Virus record (IMG/VR): IMGVR_UViG_3300021962_000046 | Coordinates: 1-64,000 of that record | DNA: 64,000 nucleotides | From: a virus | Reading direction: 5' to 3' (one strand) | Part shown: piece after piece, positions 1 to 16,100 of the stretch | Numbering within the stretch: the first letter of the stretch is position 1 | How the letters are laid out: every line of letters starts with the position of its first letter | Notes under the pieces: model-generated | Database searches by the model: none | What the model saw: the letters and a program-made list of their open reading frames with translations, nothing else | What the model was told of the DNA's origin: nothing | Made by a program: the position numbers and the translations under genes

Positions 1-99
1 AACTACAACTGAAACCCCGACAACAACCACAACCAGTACGAGTACAACTACAACTGAAACCCCGACAACAACCACAACCAGTACGAGTACAACTACAAC
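1..99 (+). repeat. Perfect 45-bp coding tandem repeat (about 2.2 copies visible), encodes TTTETPTTTTTSTST
   Basis: Positions 1-45 are identical to 46-90, with a partial third copy at 91-99. Confidence 0.95.
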
Positions 100-1273
100 A
101 CCAGCATTTTTTACAGTAGGTACTACAACAAACTTGGCATCTACTCCATCTAGCGGATCTTCTGGTATTGTTTCTTGGAGTATTAATTCACTAACTGATC
201 CATCAACCGCCTCATTATCATTAACAGCAAATTCAACAGGCTTGGCTAATTTTACAATTGATTCCACAGCAGTAAGCAATAATGCCGATGTAATTATGTC
301 AATACTTATAAATGGAAACCCTACTGCTTATTACGAAACAACAGGTGGAAAAACCTATGTTATATTCAATCAAGCATCATTGAATACTAGCGACACAATA
401 GAAATAACAATAGCAACAAATGGATCAAGCTTGAATGCAGGAGACATAACTGGAACCTTCTCATATTCGACTATAAGATCCTCTTTTGGTATACAAAATG
501 AAACATCTGATTCTAATTTGTTTGATGTTGCAAGAGATCAAGTCAACAATGGATGGAGTTTTTCTAACCAGCAAATAGCAGGCGGGGCAGTCAATCCCTT
601 CATAACATGGACAACTCTTGAAGAAGGATGGATTTATTTTGGCCCTAATGTTACTGCATCATTGAATTATCCAACACAGAAATTAACATATAATGTATCA
701 AGCTTGGTTTCAAATGATTTTCAGACATCCCCAAGTGATTTATACTATTCTTACATGTTTGTTGGAGATACAGCAACACTAACAGTAACAAATCCAAGTG
801 GTCAGTCACTTATAAATGCTGGAGAAATTTCTGGTTATATTGCTAGACAATATTCTTTAGAAGTAATAGGACTGATAGCGCAGGGTGCAATCAATAGTGT
901 AGTAGATACTGGTATAGGTGGATTTGCATTCTACAACTCAAATTTACTTACGAACGATGTGATGTCAATACAAATGGAAGCTGTTAATACATTGTCAACA
1001 ATAAATTTAATTATTGATTACAATGGAACTGCTCCAGCAAATACTAATTTAAGTGTTGTTGTAACAAGAATTAGAGGAGGAAGTAGTTCTACAATGTACA
1101 CTTATTCAGGAGATGTTAGTGTTACTCCTTTGCATACTAGCAATATATTTAATTCAAATCTCCCGCAAACTGGGGATCTTTATGATGTAAGCATTCAGGT
1201 TACCAATGGTAGCGTACCATATGATGAAACAAAAACAAATACAATAAAAGTATCTTTCGTAAACATCGGTTAA
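2..1273 (+). CDS. 5'-truncated Thr-rich virion/surface protein (beta-sandwich modules)
   Basis: The frame of ORF 134..1273 stays open back to the window edge (TTTETPTTTTTSTSTTTTETP...), so the TTG at 134 is unlikely to be the true start. S/T/N/G-rich beta-type sequence. Confidence 0.75.
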   Translation, partial: TTTETPTTTTTSTSTTTTETPTTTTTSTSTTTTPAFFTVGTTTNLASTPSSGSSGIVSWSINSLTDPSTASLSLTANSTGLANFTIDSTAVSNNADVIMSILINGNPTAYYETTGGKTYVIFNQASLNTSDTIEITIATNGSSLNAGDITGTFSYSTIRSSFGIQNETSDSNLFDVARDQVNNGWSFSNQQIAGGAVNPFITWTTLEEGWIYFGPNVTASLNYPTQKLTYNVSSLVSNDFQTSPSDLYYSYMFVGDTATLTVTNPSGQSLINAGEISGYIARQYSLEVIGLIAQGAINSVVDTGIGGFAFYNSNLLTNDVMSIQMEAVNTLSTINLIIDYNGTAPANTNLSVVVTRIRGGSSSTMYTYSGDVSVTPLHTSNIFNSNLPQTGDLYDVSIQVTNGSVPYDETKTNTIKVSFVNIG

Positions 1274-1297
1274 AATTTAAAGTGGAGAAAAATGTAA

Positions 1298-3562
<2,265 letters not shown>

Positions 3563-3563
3563 C

Positions 3564-4190
3564 ATGAGCGAAGTATCAACAAATAAAAAGTTTAACTTAG
3601 TACAATGGTATGCAAGTGGAGGTCTGCTTTTATGGAGCGGAAGTCCAGGATATGGGATATTACAAGATGGCACAACATATGCGTCTGGAAGACTGGAAAG
3701 AATTCAATGGTTTACCTCTAACGGTCAATCAAGAATATGGGCCTCTGGAGCAACAATCGCATTTTTCCAGAATTTTTCAGGTTACTTAGGTTATACATTT
3801 ACGATCAACACAAACAATATAACTTCTTCTGGTTTTCCTTTATACAACACAAATCTACCTGTTTTAGATGCACAACAGGTAAATGCACGAATAGACATAT
3901 TGCAATTCCAAGGCCCAACAACAAATATTCCACAAAATTTTAACGGAAAGGTTATAAAAGCTTGGAAGGCATCAAACAATGGAAACTCATTGCAGACATA
4001 TACATCTGGTGCTGCTCTTAATTTTTTTAATACATTCCAATCTGGAACAACTTATTTAATAGAAAGTGCATCGGGTAGTTTTCCTTACGCTTTTTATAAT
4101 TTAACACCTAATCAAAATTTACCAATACAGCAACCTGATGCTGCTTATGTAAATCAATCGTACACATATCAACTTTCATCAGAGGGATAA
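3564..4190 (+). CDS. Putative anchor/adaptor protein, paralogous to the N-terminus of 1298..3562; ends in the first strands of a He_PIG-type Ig domain
   Basis: Aligns by eye with the 1298 ORF (NKKF..., GT.YASG, IWASG, NFF.T..SGT.Y.I). C-terminus is PDAAYVNQSYTYQLSSEG. Confidence 0.7.
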   Translation: MSEVSTNKKFNLVQWYASGGLLLWSGSPGYGILQDGTTYASGRLERIQWFTSNGQSRIWASGATIAFFQNFSGYLGYTFTINTNNITSSGFPLYNTNLPVLDAQQVNARIDILQFQGPTTNIPQNFNGKVIKAWKASNNGNSLQTYTSGAALNFFNTFQSGTTYLIESASGSFPYAFYNLTPNQNLPIQQPDAAYVNQSYTYQLSSEG

Positions 4191-4193
4191 GAA

Positions 4194-7100
4194 ATGGCAG
4201 TTACTGACTACACATGGAACATTCCAGTAGGCAAGCCAACATGGCTAAATATAGACCCAACAAATGGCTTGTTGACTGGCACACCATCTTCTTCAGATAC
4301 TGGATTTTATTATTTTACAGTAACGGCAACAAACAGGCAAACAGGACAAGTTCTTACTAGGGAATTATCTGTAGGTGTTTCTCAACCTGTATATCCATAC
4401 AATTTAGGTCTTTTATTAAACTGGTATGACAATACCTCCCTATCTAAGTTGGCATCTGGCGATCCTGTATCTTTGTGGGTTGACAAAGGATTAAGACCAA
4501 CAAATTTAGGTCAAACAAACATTTCACAAAGACCAGCAGCATTCATAATTCCAAATGGTGGAAAAGCAGTACAGTTTGAATCTGTAAATATGGAAAATTT
4601 GATTGGCTTAAACACAGTCAATCAAACAATATATCAAAAATGTACAGTTGCATTCTGGTATAATACTTCTTCAACAAGTTCATCCAATCTTTTTGGCCTA
4701 AACAATCAAGATTTAGTCTTACAGGACAGCTTTGGAACATTCCAAAAAGAAAACAATTCTGTGGTTTTTGACAGATACAAGACAAATGGAAACATTCAAA
4801 TAGCAAGTGTTTCAACAACACCCGCTTCTAACTCTTGGCAATTCTTGTCAGCTGTAATAAGTAAAAATTTGAATGGGAATTATGATGTAAGCATTTATGC
4901 TTATGACAAACTAACAAGCACAATGAATTTGATAGGACAAAATCCCAATTCATTTACTTTGGCAGCAAATTCAAATGTGACAGAACTTGTTTATAGACAA
5001 GCAGTCACTATGGGTGCTGCATATAATGGCAACCAAGATGTTGTTGGTTTTTTTGATGGTTATATTTCATCTTCATTTATATATGGAAGTGAATTATCCC
5101 AGTCACAACTTTTGACATTAGCTCAAAATTCAGATCCAACACAACCAGTTTCCACAACAACATCTACAACACCAGTTCCAGCATACTTTTATGTATTAAA
5201 TTCAGTAGAACCAGTTCCAACAACGACTCCAGCACCACCTCCATTCAATCCAAACTCATTAGGCAATCTAGTCAACTGGTATGATGCCAACGATCTTTCG
5301 GTGTATCAAGATGGTGCATCTGTATCTGTGTGGAACGACAAGGCGACTGCCTTGCCACCCGGAACACAAACACAAAACAGGCTAAACTTAACATTAAGCA
5401 CAAGTTCTTATGCTGGGAATGTTCCACCAGTAAAAAGAACTGATGGTAAACCATATTTGGATTTTACAGCCAATAACACAGGCTTCCTAGTATCAAATGC
5501 ATCTTACAATGTAACAAATTTCACATATAAAACATATGCTGCATGGATTTGGATTGATTCTCCTGAAGAAGGAACTTCTTCCAGTTTCAGAAATGCATTC
5601 GGATATGTAAACACAGATGGTTCTAAGACAAATTTCTGCTCATTAGGATTACAGCCTACAAATAACGCAAGACCGGGTTTTTTAAAATATAATGCCAATT
5701 CAACAAGTGTTGCGCCATTCTTCCAAGGTTCAACATCGGTAGGCCCACAAGGAACATGGTGTTTTGTAGCAATAACACTAGATGATTCAAATCTTTCAAA
5801 CAGACTGCCAACAATTTATTATGATATTAATGGAATAGTACAACAGAGAAGATTTGATACACTTTTTGTAGTCGATTCAACTCCAACAAATTGTTCGGTT
5901 GGTATCGGTGGTAGTTTAATTTCAAACGGTTCAGGTGGATTCAATTTCTTAAAGTGGGCTGGAAAAATATCTTCTTGCTTCTTCTATGCATCTCAAACAC
6001 AATCACAAGGAATGTTATCTCTTTCACAACTTCAAGAATTAAGAGACAGAACATATCCCGGCATAAATGATCCAAAAGTACCAACACCAGCACCGTTTAA
6101 TCCTGCAACATTAGGAACATTAACTACATGGCTTGACCAAAATTATTTGTTTGGATGCTACCCAGGCTATAAAGTTTTGCAGCTTCAAAACAAAGGAAGT
6201 CTTGGTGGTTACGCATATTCTTATGATTATTATAATCCAAGCAATCCATATGGAACATCTGCGCTAACTGTCGATCAACAAGATTATTATCCAGCTTTGT
6301 CATTCAATGGCACAAGTGATGGTTACACATTTAATCAAACACAAAGCATAAGTCAATCACAAGCATATACTGTTGCTGGTTGGGTATTTACCCCACCTGT
6401 TTCAACAACCACATCTACTACTTCAACTACATCTACAACTTCTTCCACTTCTTCCACTTCTTCCACTTCTTCCACTTCTTCCACTTCATCTACAACGCCA
6501 CAACCACTTAACAGAAGTTTCTTTGGTTCTTATTCAAGCATAAATGAAATACCATATGGAATTGGTCTAAACAAACAAACAGCAATATCAGAAACATACT
6601 ATCAAACTGGAAATCCACAAACAATATCCAGTAATACACCAATAAACACAGCTTATGGAACATGGTCATTTGTTGCAATAACAAGACAAAATGGAACTGG
6701 GTCTTCAACAGTATTATATGAAGACATAAGTGGAATTGTCAGCCAAGTAGGATCTGCTGTAATAAGCCAAACATCAGCCAATTACACAAATGTCAAAAAC
6801 TGGATCGGCAAATATTCTCCACAAAACTTAGGTGCCAAATATTTTAACGGTTATGTTGGTTCACAATTTGTCTATTCTCAAGCCTTGAATATTGGACAGC
6901 TTCAAATACTAAGAGATTCGACAAACCCAGGCGGTCCTCCAAATGAAGGTCAATTTAGTATTGATTGGGTAGCAACGGCAGGACAAACAAAAACAATACA
7001 AACATCAACAGGCTTGTTGACATCTATAAATTGGGGAGATGGAACAACAACATTTACTGATGGAATAACAACATCTTTTACACACACATACATTAATGCT

Positions 7101-10100
7101 GGAACATATACTGTTAATTTGAATTGTTCTTCAATTGTTGCGCCAAATACAAGCTTAACAATATCTAATCAAAATGTAATCAGAGTAAATACAACTAAAA
7201 TTCCTTCAGTAATAAAAGAACTTGATTTGTCACAAAACAATATCACATCTGTTTCTTTCTATGGAACTAGCATAAACAAAATAAAACTTGGAACTAATCC
7301 ACTAACATCACTAAACACAAGCATTCTTCCAAATATAACATTATTGGATTTGAGCAATTGTAATTTGATAACATCCTTAGATCTTACACAAAACACAGAA
7401 CTTTTAACTCTGAACTTAAATGGATGTACTCTTCTTGATAACATAACAAACTATCAAACTCTTACAAATCTTACATTCCTTGATATATCTGGGACACAAT
7501 TAAATTATAACAATTTAACATATTTCACAAACTTGCAAATATTTTATGGACAAAACGCAAAGATTTCAGGCGATTTTGTTGCAAACAACATGTCAAGTTT
7601 GACAACAATAAACATTGCAAACACAATTCCAACAACCACGACAACTCCACAACCAACAACAAGCACAACAACATCAACAAGCTCAACTTCAACAACAATA
7701 CCACCATTTTTCACAACGAACTGTAGGATTCTACTTGATGGAACAACATATTCTGGCTCTGGTACTACTTGGAATAGCTCGGTTGGTTCTCTAACGGGAA
7801 CACTAGTAAACAGCCCAACATATGATTCAACTCAAAAAGGATTCATACTCAATGGTGTTAATCAGTATATAAATTTAGGAAATGATTCAAGTATTGGGTT
7901 TTCAGGAAACAATCCATTCACAATACAAGCCTTCATAAAAGTAACACAAACAGGAATTGGAAATCAAGCAATAATAAGCAGATGGAACGAAAATGTTGGT
8001 GGAAGTTACCTGTTATACAAGAACACATTTGAAGATTTAAAAGCCAACAGAAATCCTGATTATACTGCACAAAGTCCATATAGCATTCCATTCAATGAAC
8101 AAATTCTTGTAACTATGGTTTACGATGGCAACCTAACAAGAATATACATCGATGATAATTCTGGCGTACCAATAACAGATATTTCAAGTACTGCATTTGC
8201 AGGAAACACATTGGTTGGTTCTTATTTGGTTAATTCAGTAATGTCTGGATTTTTCCAAGGCGAAATATATTCTGTTGCAGTTTATGGACAACCTTTAACA
8301 ATAGATCAAATTAGACAGAATTACAGGGCATGTATTGCAAGATATCAGATACCTCCAGAACCAACAACTACAACATCTACAACAAGCACATCAACAAGTT
8401 CTACAAGCTCTACCACAAGTTCAACGACAAGTTCTACAACCCCAATACCAGTTGGAATTACCAGCATAAATGTGTCTGGTAGTACAGCATTGACAACAAT
8501 AGACTTAACATCAAACAGCATATCATTGTTTGATGGAACAGGCCTTGTAAATCTTTCATCTTTAAATGTTTCTTACAACCCAAGCTTCTCACAGTCTGGT
8601 CTTGTTACATATAACTATCCATCATTGTTGACACTAAATGGAACAGGATGTAATTTCACAACCTTTGATGCTAGAACAACAACTGGTAATTTGTCTTATT
8701 TAAGAACACTTATATTAGATAGAAATTATTCTTTAACGACAATACTTGCAGACAACAATCCGAACTTATTGTCTATTTCTGCTAGTTATTGCGACCTTAG
8801 CAACCTTGATATTTCAAATTCAAGCAGTCTGGTTGTCAATAACCTCACAACAGTTGTAGCCAATTATAATCCGAATTTATCTTCGATAAATCTTACCAAT
8901 GTATTCAAACTTCAAAATCTAAGCCTTGTTGGTTGTAATTTGAATACATCTGAAATTTCAAATATAGTTGTGAAAATATACAATGGTGTTCAACTTTATG
9001 GCACAAGAAATGGCATATTAAGTGTTAACAATCAACTTGAATGGGCACCACCAGATCAAGGAACATTGACAACAATAAACATATTGAAATCAAATTATTC
9101 TTGGTCTGTCATAACAGATGAATATGCGCCATTTTTCATATGGAAATCTGTTGCTGCTGGCGAAACAAAAGGATTTACAATACAAGGCAAGATCAGCAAT
9201 ATTCGCTGGGGTGATGGCACAACATCTGCCGGTCCTTTCAAGGATCAAACAATAACACACACATATACTTCGGCAATAAACAATGCTGTCGTTCTATTTA
9301 ATATTGATTATCCTGTTGTTCCAGATGATCCAACAAACAGATTGACAGAATTCCTTGCAACAGTTGAAAACAACGGCGTGGGAATAAGCGATATAAACAA
9401 TCTTCAAAACTATGTTCAGACAATACAATTAGATAATTCTTACATAACAAAATGGGACAAGACAATTGAAAGCTTGCAGATTTTGATTTTAAGAAATTAC
9501 AAGGGATATTTGACCAATGTAGAAGCTTTGAATCATACATTCCTAACAACATTGGAGCTTTCTGCATCAGACACAGCTGTAGGTTCAGCATTAACAAATG
9601 TAAACATAACCAACTTGAATTCATTGATTGTGTTGAATGTTCAAAATGCATCGGGCTTGGCTGGAACTGGATCTGGAACCAGTCCTTTTTCAAAGATAAC
9701 AGGCTTTGCTGACAACACATCAATAATAAACTTGAACATAAACAATACTGGAATTCAGGTAAATGATTTAAGAACCATAAACAAAGCTAATTTAGTTAAT
9801 TATTATGCACAAGGAAACAATTGTTCTGGCGAATTCAATGCCACAAACACAATTGTTGAGGTTGTTGATATTTCAAACAATAACTTTACTTCTGCTATTT
9901 TCGATGGTTGTGTAAACATATTCGAAGTTTATTTAATAAACAACGCATTAAACAGAACAGAAATAGATAATGTTTTAACCACAATAAGAAATTTGGCGAC
10001 AACAAATTCTATTTATGAAGGATTTATAGATTTAAGAAGCCAAGCAAACAATCAAACGCACGGCTATACAAGCACATTCGGATATATTCAAGATTTAGGA

Positions 10101-13100
10101 TACAGATTAGAATGGGGAGTTCTTATTGATTATGATCCTGACTGGGTCATTACTATTACTCATTCAAAAAATTCCAACTCAGCAATATTTGCTGCTAATT
10201 CTATTAGTTGGTTTACACAGCAAGTTGGCATACCTCTTGTTTTTGAAGGTTCTTTTGAAGGACAACTCAACGATTTAGCTTTTATTGGTACTGGGCCTTA
10301 TGTAACAAAATTCTATCCCGGTTCTTCTCTTACAGATTTAGGATATGATTCAACATTAGAATCAATTATAATTAACAATTTTAATCTGTTTGAAATAGAA
10401 GGACTTCCTTCAACAGTAACAAGTTTAAACCTAAACAACAATTTAATTGAAAATATAAACTTGGAAGAATGTACTAATCTTCAAGATTTATCCATTAATG
10501 TCAATCAAATTCAAAATATAGATTTGTCAGCAAACACATCATTGACATCTCTTCAAATAGCTGAAAACAATTTGTTAAATCTTGACATCGCTGCGAATAC
10601 TCTTCTTACAAGTATAAATTGTTCTTACAATACAAACTTAATCACATTGAATGGATTTGTATTTAACAGAATGATTTACATAGATTTTAGTGGAACAAAA
10701 CTAACTTCTTATATTCCAATAGATTGTACTGGAGCAACCGATCTGACCTATTTGGGTGCAAGAGAAATCAACATTTCCAGCACTCTTAATTTTTCTGGTT
10801 TACAAAACCTTGTCGCTGTTGATGTAACATACAACATGCTTGGCGATATTTATTTTGAAGATTGTTCAAGTATAAAATACATACTGGCATCTTATAATAG
10901 CTTAAGCATAGTATCCATTAATTCAATATTGGCACAAGCTGTCATAAACGAGCAAACCAACAACATAACTTTTGGAATTATAAATTTACAAAACCAAAAT
11001 CCATTGTCTTATCCAACAGGACAAGGAATTGTAGATAAGCAAATTCTTGTGTCTTCACCATTCAACTGGACAGTAAATACAGATTCTGCTCCTGTGGCAC
11101 CCACAACATCAACCACAACAACATCTTCAACAACATCAACTACAATAGCTCCATCTATTGCTGTATTAACGAATTTTGGCAAAAATGCACCACTAACAAA
11201 TCAATATGCAATAACACCAGGAAGCACAACTGTTTTTTCAATTGATTATGATAATAGTGGTTGTACTGTTGGATATTTTAATTTTATCCAATTTATCATG
11301 TATGCAGGAACACTTCCTTCTGGATCTGATCCTTACGGGACATATCTTCAATTTTCATTTGATGGAGGCGTAACCTATCAAACAATTTATGGTCTTGCAA
11401 ATACCTCTCCCGGTCCTTGGATATCAACTACTGCCACAGTAACATTTAATCTTAGTGGAATAAAAGTTCCTGTTGGTCAGAGAAGCATTTACATGAAATG
11501 GGCCGATGGCCCAACAGGAAGCAGAACTGTCTATTTAAATTGTACATCGACATTATTCCAGTACTCAGCACAAGCTTCATGGGCAGAAACAGGATATTTA
11601 AATCTACCTTCTACACCAATTTACCAGCTTGTGGCACAAAGCACAACATTTACAAGACCAACAACAACTACTACAACTCCAGCCCCAACAACAACAACAA
11701 GCACAACATTTGCTCCTACAGGAACTGTAGTTACATATGATTCACTTGCAGCCCAGCCCGGAAACGGAAGTAACATTCCAACATTTAATACTGATGCATA
11801 TCCTTCTTACCCTTACCTACTTGATATTAAATTAAACCCTGGCATTTATTCTTCTGCGAACATGCGTGTAAGGATATCTTTTAAAGCATGGATTACAGCA
11901 TATATTGGACAATTTGCAGGACAAATTAAACTTAATTTTAGTACAGACAATGTTAATTTCACATATATAGAAAGTAGTGGATACCCAGCGTGGTGGGCTG
12001 ATGAAGATGTATATACTGGCTCATGGTATTTTACACCAAATTTCCAACCAACTGTATATCAAGATTTTGTTATTTATTTCAAACAATCACTTGAAAATAC
12101 CAATAGATACCTTCTAGTTAATGTTTACTCAGTAGGAAATATATGGTGGACACAGAAAAATAATAGTTGGGATCGTCAATGGGTTATGAAGCTGGAAAAT
12201 GATGCAGCCACGGTACAACCAAGAGCAACAACAACATCAACAACGACCACCACATCAACCACAACAACTTCTACTACAACAACACCTATTCCAAGCCTAA
12301 TCGTTTTGAATAGCTCAAATTATGCAAATGCAGGATCAACAACGATATCCAATGAAAATTATGTATTTGGAATATCTTATATAACAAATTATACTTGGTA
12401 CAACACACCATTAAACTACATTGAAATATTACTTACAAACGAATCTGGAACTGCTATTCAAGAATTGCAGCTTGATATTGGAAATTCTATTGAAGGTCCA
12501 TTCACAAGAGTTTCAGGAATTCCAACAACATTCTGGGATGATAACACAACTGCTTTTGTAAGATTTGATTTAAGTTTTATAAGAGCGTCAGGAAAAGAAC
12601 TGGTTGTTGATAACATTTACTTCAAACCAGTTTCTGGCCAACCTTTGTTTGCTTTGAACTATACTACAGTTGCAAATGCAGCAACAAATATTTGGCTAGA
12701 CTCTGGGACATTTAATTTACCAAATACATTATCAGCAATATACAAATTAGTATCTACATACCCTTACATACCACAAAATCCAATACAGGTATTAAGACCA
12801 AATCCTAATTTTACTCCAACAAGTATTGATGGGAAAGGCGTTATATTTAATGCCAATGGAACAGCAAATGGTCCGATTAGTAATATAATCCTTCTTTTAA
12901 GAAACATAACTCCAAATGAAACATTCTATTCAGTAACGATAGAAATGAGTACAGATGGCGTAAACTATCTGCCATTTTTAGGACTACCAACCACACTTTG
13001 GACATATTTATCTTATGCTTATGTTTCTTTCGACATAAGAAAGCTAGGAATAATTCCTAATGGTTACGAAAACACAACAATATATTTCAGATATTCCAAC

Positions 13101-16100
13101 ACAACTCAGCTAATAGCAATTTCACAAGCTGATCCAACACTTGGAAGTTCATACTTGTGGACAGATGTTGGCACAGTTAATAGTAGTGGAAAGCTTTCTT
13201 ACATAATAGAAACAAGCTATGCAAACATTTACACATATCCATACTATTCCGATAATTCATCAACTCCTACTGTTTGGTTATTAGATGCAAGCAATATTGT
13301 TAGTTACTCAGGTTCTGGAAACACATGGTACAATCTTGCGCCAAACGATGGAACAAACACTTCTGTAACATTGCAAAATTCACCACAATATTTTGTTTCA
13401 GAAAAGTGTTTCAATCTAAATGGAACAAATCAATCTTTTGTTTTCCCATCTCAGAACTTCATTATAGGTGCAAGACAACCATACACAGCACAAGTATTGT
13501 TCTCTTTAAATTCCTATCCTGCTTCTGGTCAATCATTTACGATATTTACAAATGAAAATATCAATTCAAGCCCAGCGGGTCAATTCCGCATATGGATAGA
13601 CAGTTCAAGACAAATTAAAGGAAATAGAGATACAGCATATCCTTGGTTACTAACAAATACACCAGCCATTTCTTTAAACACACCATATCTTGCAACATTT
13701 GTGTATGATGGAACATTCATGCAGCTTTATGTGAATGATTATCCAGTTGGATCTCAGGCAAGATCTGATACAAATAGTTATTCAGGATCATTTACTCCTG
13801 TTATAGGTGCAAGATATCAAGGAAGTTCTTTGGTAGAAAACCTAAATGGAAAGATTTACCAAGCTGCCTTCTATAGAAGAGCCTTGTCTCAGTCAGACAT
13901 AGTTCAATCATGGAAAGTTGTCACACAAAACTTCAATATTTTGCCAACCACAACTACAACCACATCCACAACTACAACACCAGTACCATATGCACAATAT
14001 GTTTTAGATAATAGTATTGTTATAGCAGATGGTGTTGCTACAAATAACACAAATGCGGAAATTTCTTCTGCACAAACAAGTGCTTATGGAATACAATACA
14101 GCAATTATGGATGTGTTGTAGGTTCTTTAAGAACATTGTCATTGTACATAAATCAACCAAATTCTAATCCATATAATTGGCCAGATGGATATTACACAAA
14201 TGTTACATTACAGTTTTCAACGAATGGAATAAATTATACTCCAATTACTGGCAGAACAGAAAATGGTCAGGAGCTATTTGGTGTTCAAAAAGTAACTTTT
14301 GATTTATCTTCATTGTCTTACAGTTCACCAAATGGGACTATTTATTTCAAATATTACAATGAGACAAGAACACTTTATTGGGTGACCACAAACATAGGAA
14401 TTGATGCAAGTTTGGTTTGGGGTGAAGCTGGTCAGGTATTAACTCCATCTGGATACAAGGGAATTTATCAATTAAGTGCAAACAGCACCGATTTTGATAG
14501 ACCAAAAGAACCAACTACAACCACAACAACAACTACTACAACAACTACACTTCCCCCCGGAAACTATATTGTTCTAGACAATCTATGGAAAACTCAAGGA
14601 AATGCCAACGCATATCCTTTGAATCCAGATGGAACTGCTGTTGAATTGAGAATTAATCCTAACGACTACTCATCTGGTGATGTGGACATGCAAATTACAC
14701 TTAATATGTTTGTTAATGGAACATGCAATCCATCTGGAAATATTGTTCTTGAGTTCAGTTTTGACAATGTAAACTGGATACCAGTTGAAGGAACCACATA
14801 TTCTGGTATTTGGAATGGACCAAGCGACATAAAAGCTGTAACTTTTGACATTTCAACTTCTTATGTAATACCAAGAAATGCAACAAATCCAATTTATGTC
14901 CGTGCGCCAATTAATACATATACAGGGTCTTGCATACCTTATGTTATGTTTAATAATGAAGCTTCTGGAACCACACAATATTGGGATCAAAGCAAATACA
15001 ATGAAGGCTACATGCTAACTAAAATAGTTGCTGATGCATCTATGATACAACCAGTAGCTCAAGCAACCAATGATGCACCTCCAGCACTATCTTTTTCAAA
15101 TGCAACAACAACACCATACCCATCTTTGGTTTTGAATAGCACACAAGCCACATCAAATGGAACATTGCCTCTAACAGCAACTTCCAACAAATACACAATA
15201 ACATATTCAGTTCCATTCTCATATTATGGAACCAATTTAAACAAGCTAAAAATACTTCTCAGAAACAATATGTCTTCTGTAAAGAATTCAACAAATATGT
15301 ATTTTAGCACAGATAATACAAATTACATACTTGTAACTGGAATTCCTCAGTCAACATGGCTCTCTGGAACTTCTGTTCTTGTTGAATTTGATTTGAGCAA
15401 CCTTGTAGTATTACAACAAGCAACAAATAACATTTATTTTTATCCAGCATCTACTGATTTGAATACTGCTGTTGATTATTCAAACGGATCAGGAAAAGCC
15501 ACATTAATATTCACAGATTTGCAACCAACAATCCCAGGAACAAACATAAGTTTTATTTATAACTTAACAGCTGGACAACCAATAAATACGACCAAAATTT
15601 TAACATTAAACAATACTAAATATAGTAATACAGGACAAATAGGATACATACAATTGGACACTCCAAAAACAATAACATTTACCTCAACAAGCTCCACAGG
15701 TGCAATATCCAATCTGGTATTAACACTCCAGAATAATTCCAATCGTAATTTGTATGGTGTTGGGTTGGACTTTAGCACAAATAATGGCGCATCATATTCA
15801 ACATTAATAGGCTATCCAGAAGCAACATGGAAGAATGGAGAAGTAAAAGACATAATATTTGATATTTCTTCTCTGAATATAGTGCCAACAGATGGAATAC
15901 AAAAATCAATTATTGTAAGAAACAATACAACATATCAATCAAACACAGACATTTCATGGAAACTATCAAGCACAGGAAATGCATCATATATTTGGACAGA
16001 TAATTCAGTATCATATACAGTTCCGGGTGGTACTGGATATGCCTTGTATTCGATTTCTACATCAAATATTTCGTCACCTCCTGTTGTAAACAATGGGAAA

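Noticed and set aside
1-99. 45-bp repeat as a CRISPR array
   Set aside because: Direct tandem copies with no spacers, lying inside a coding frame.
4188-4190. Genome-wide stop-codon reassignment to explain the in-frame junction
   Set aside because: The stop is TAA, which is used as a terminator throughout. Genes are intact in the standard code and TAG and TGA also end genes.
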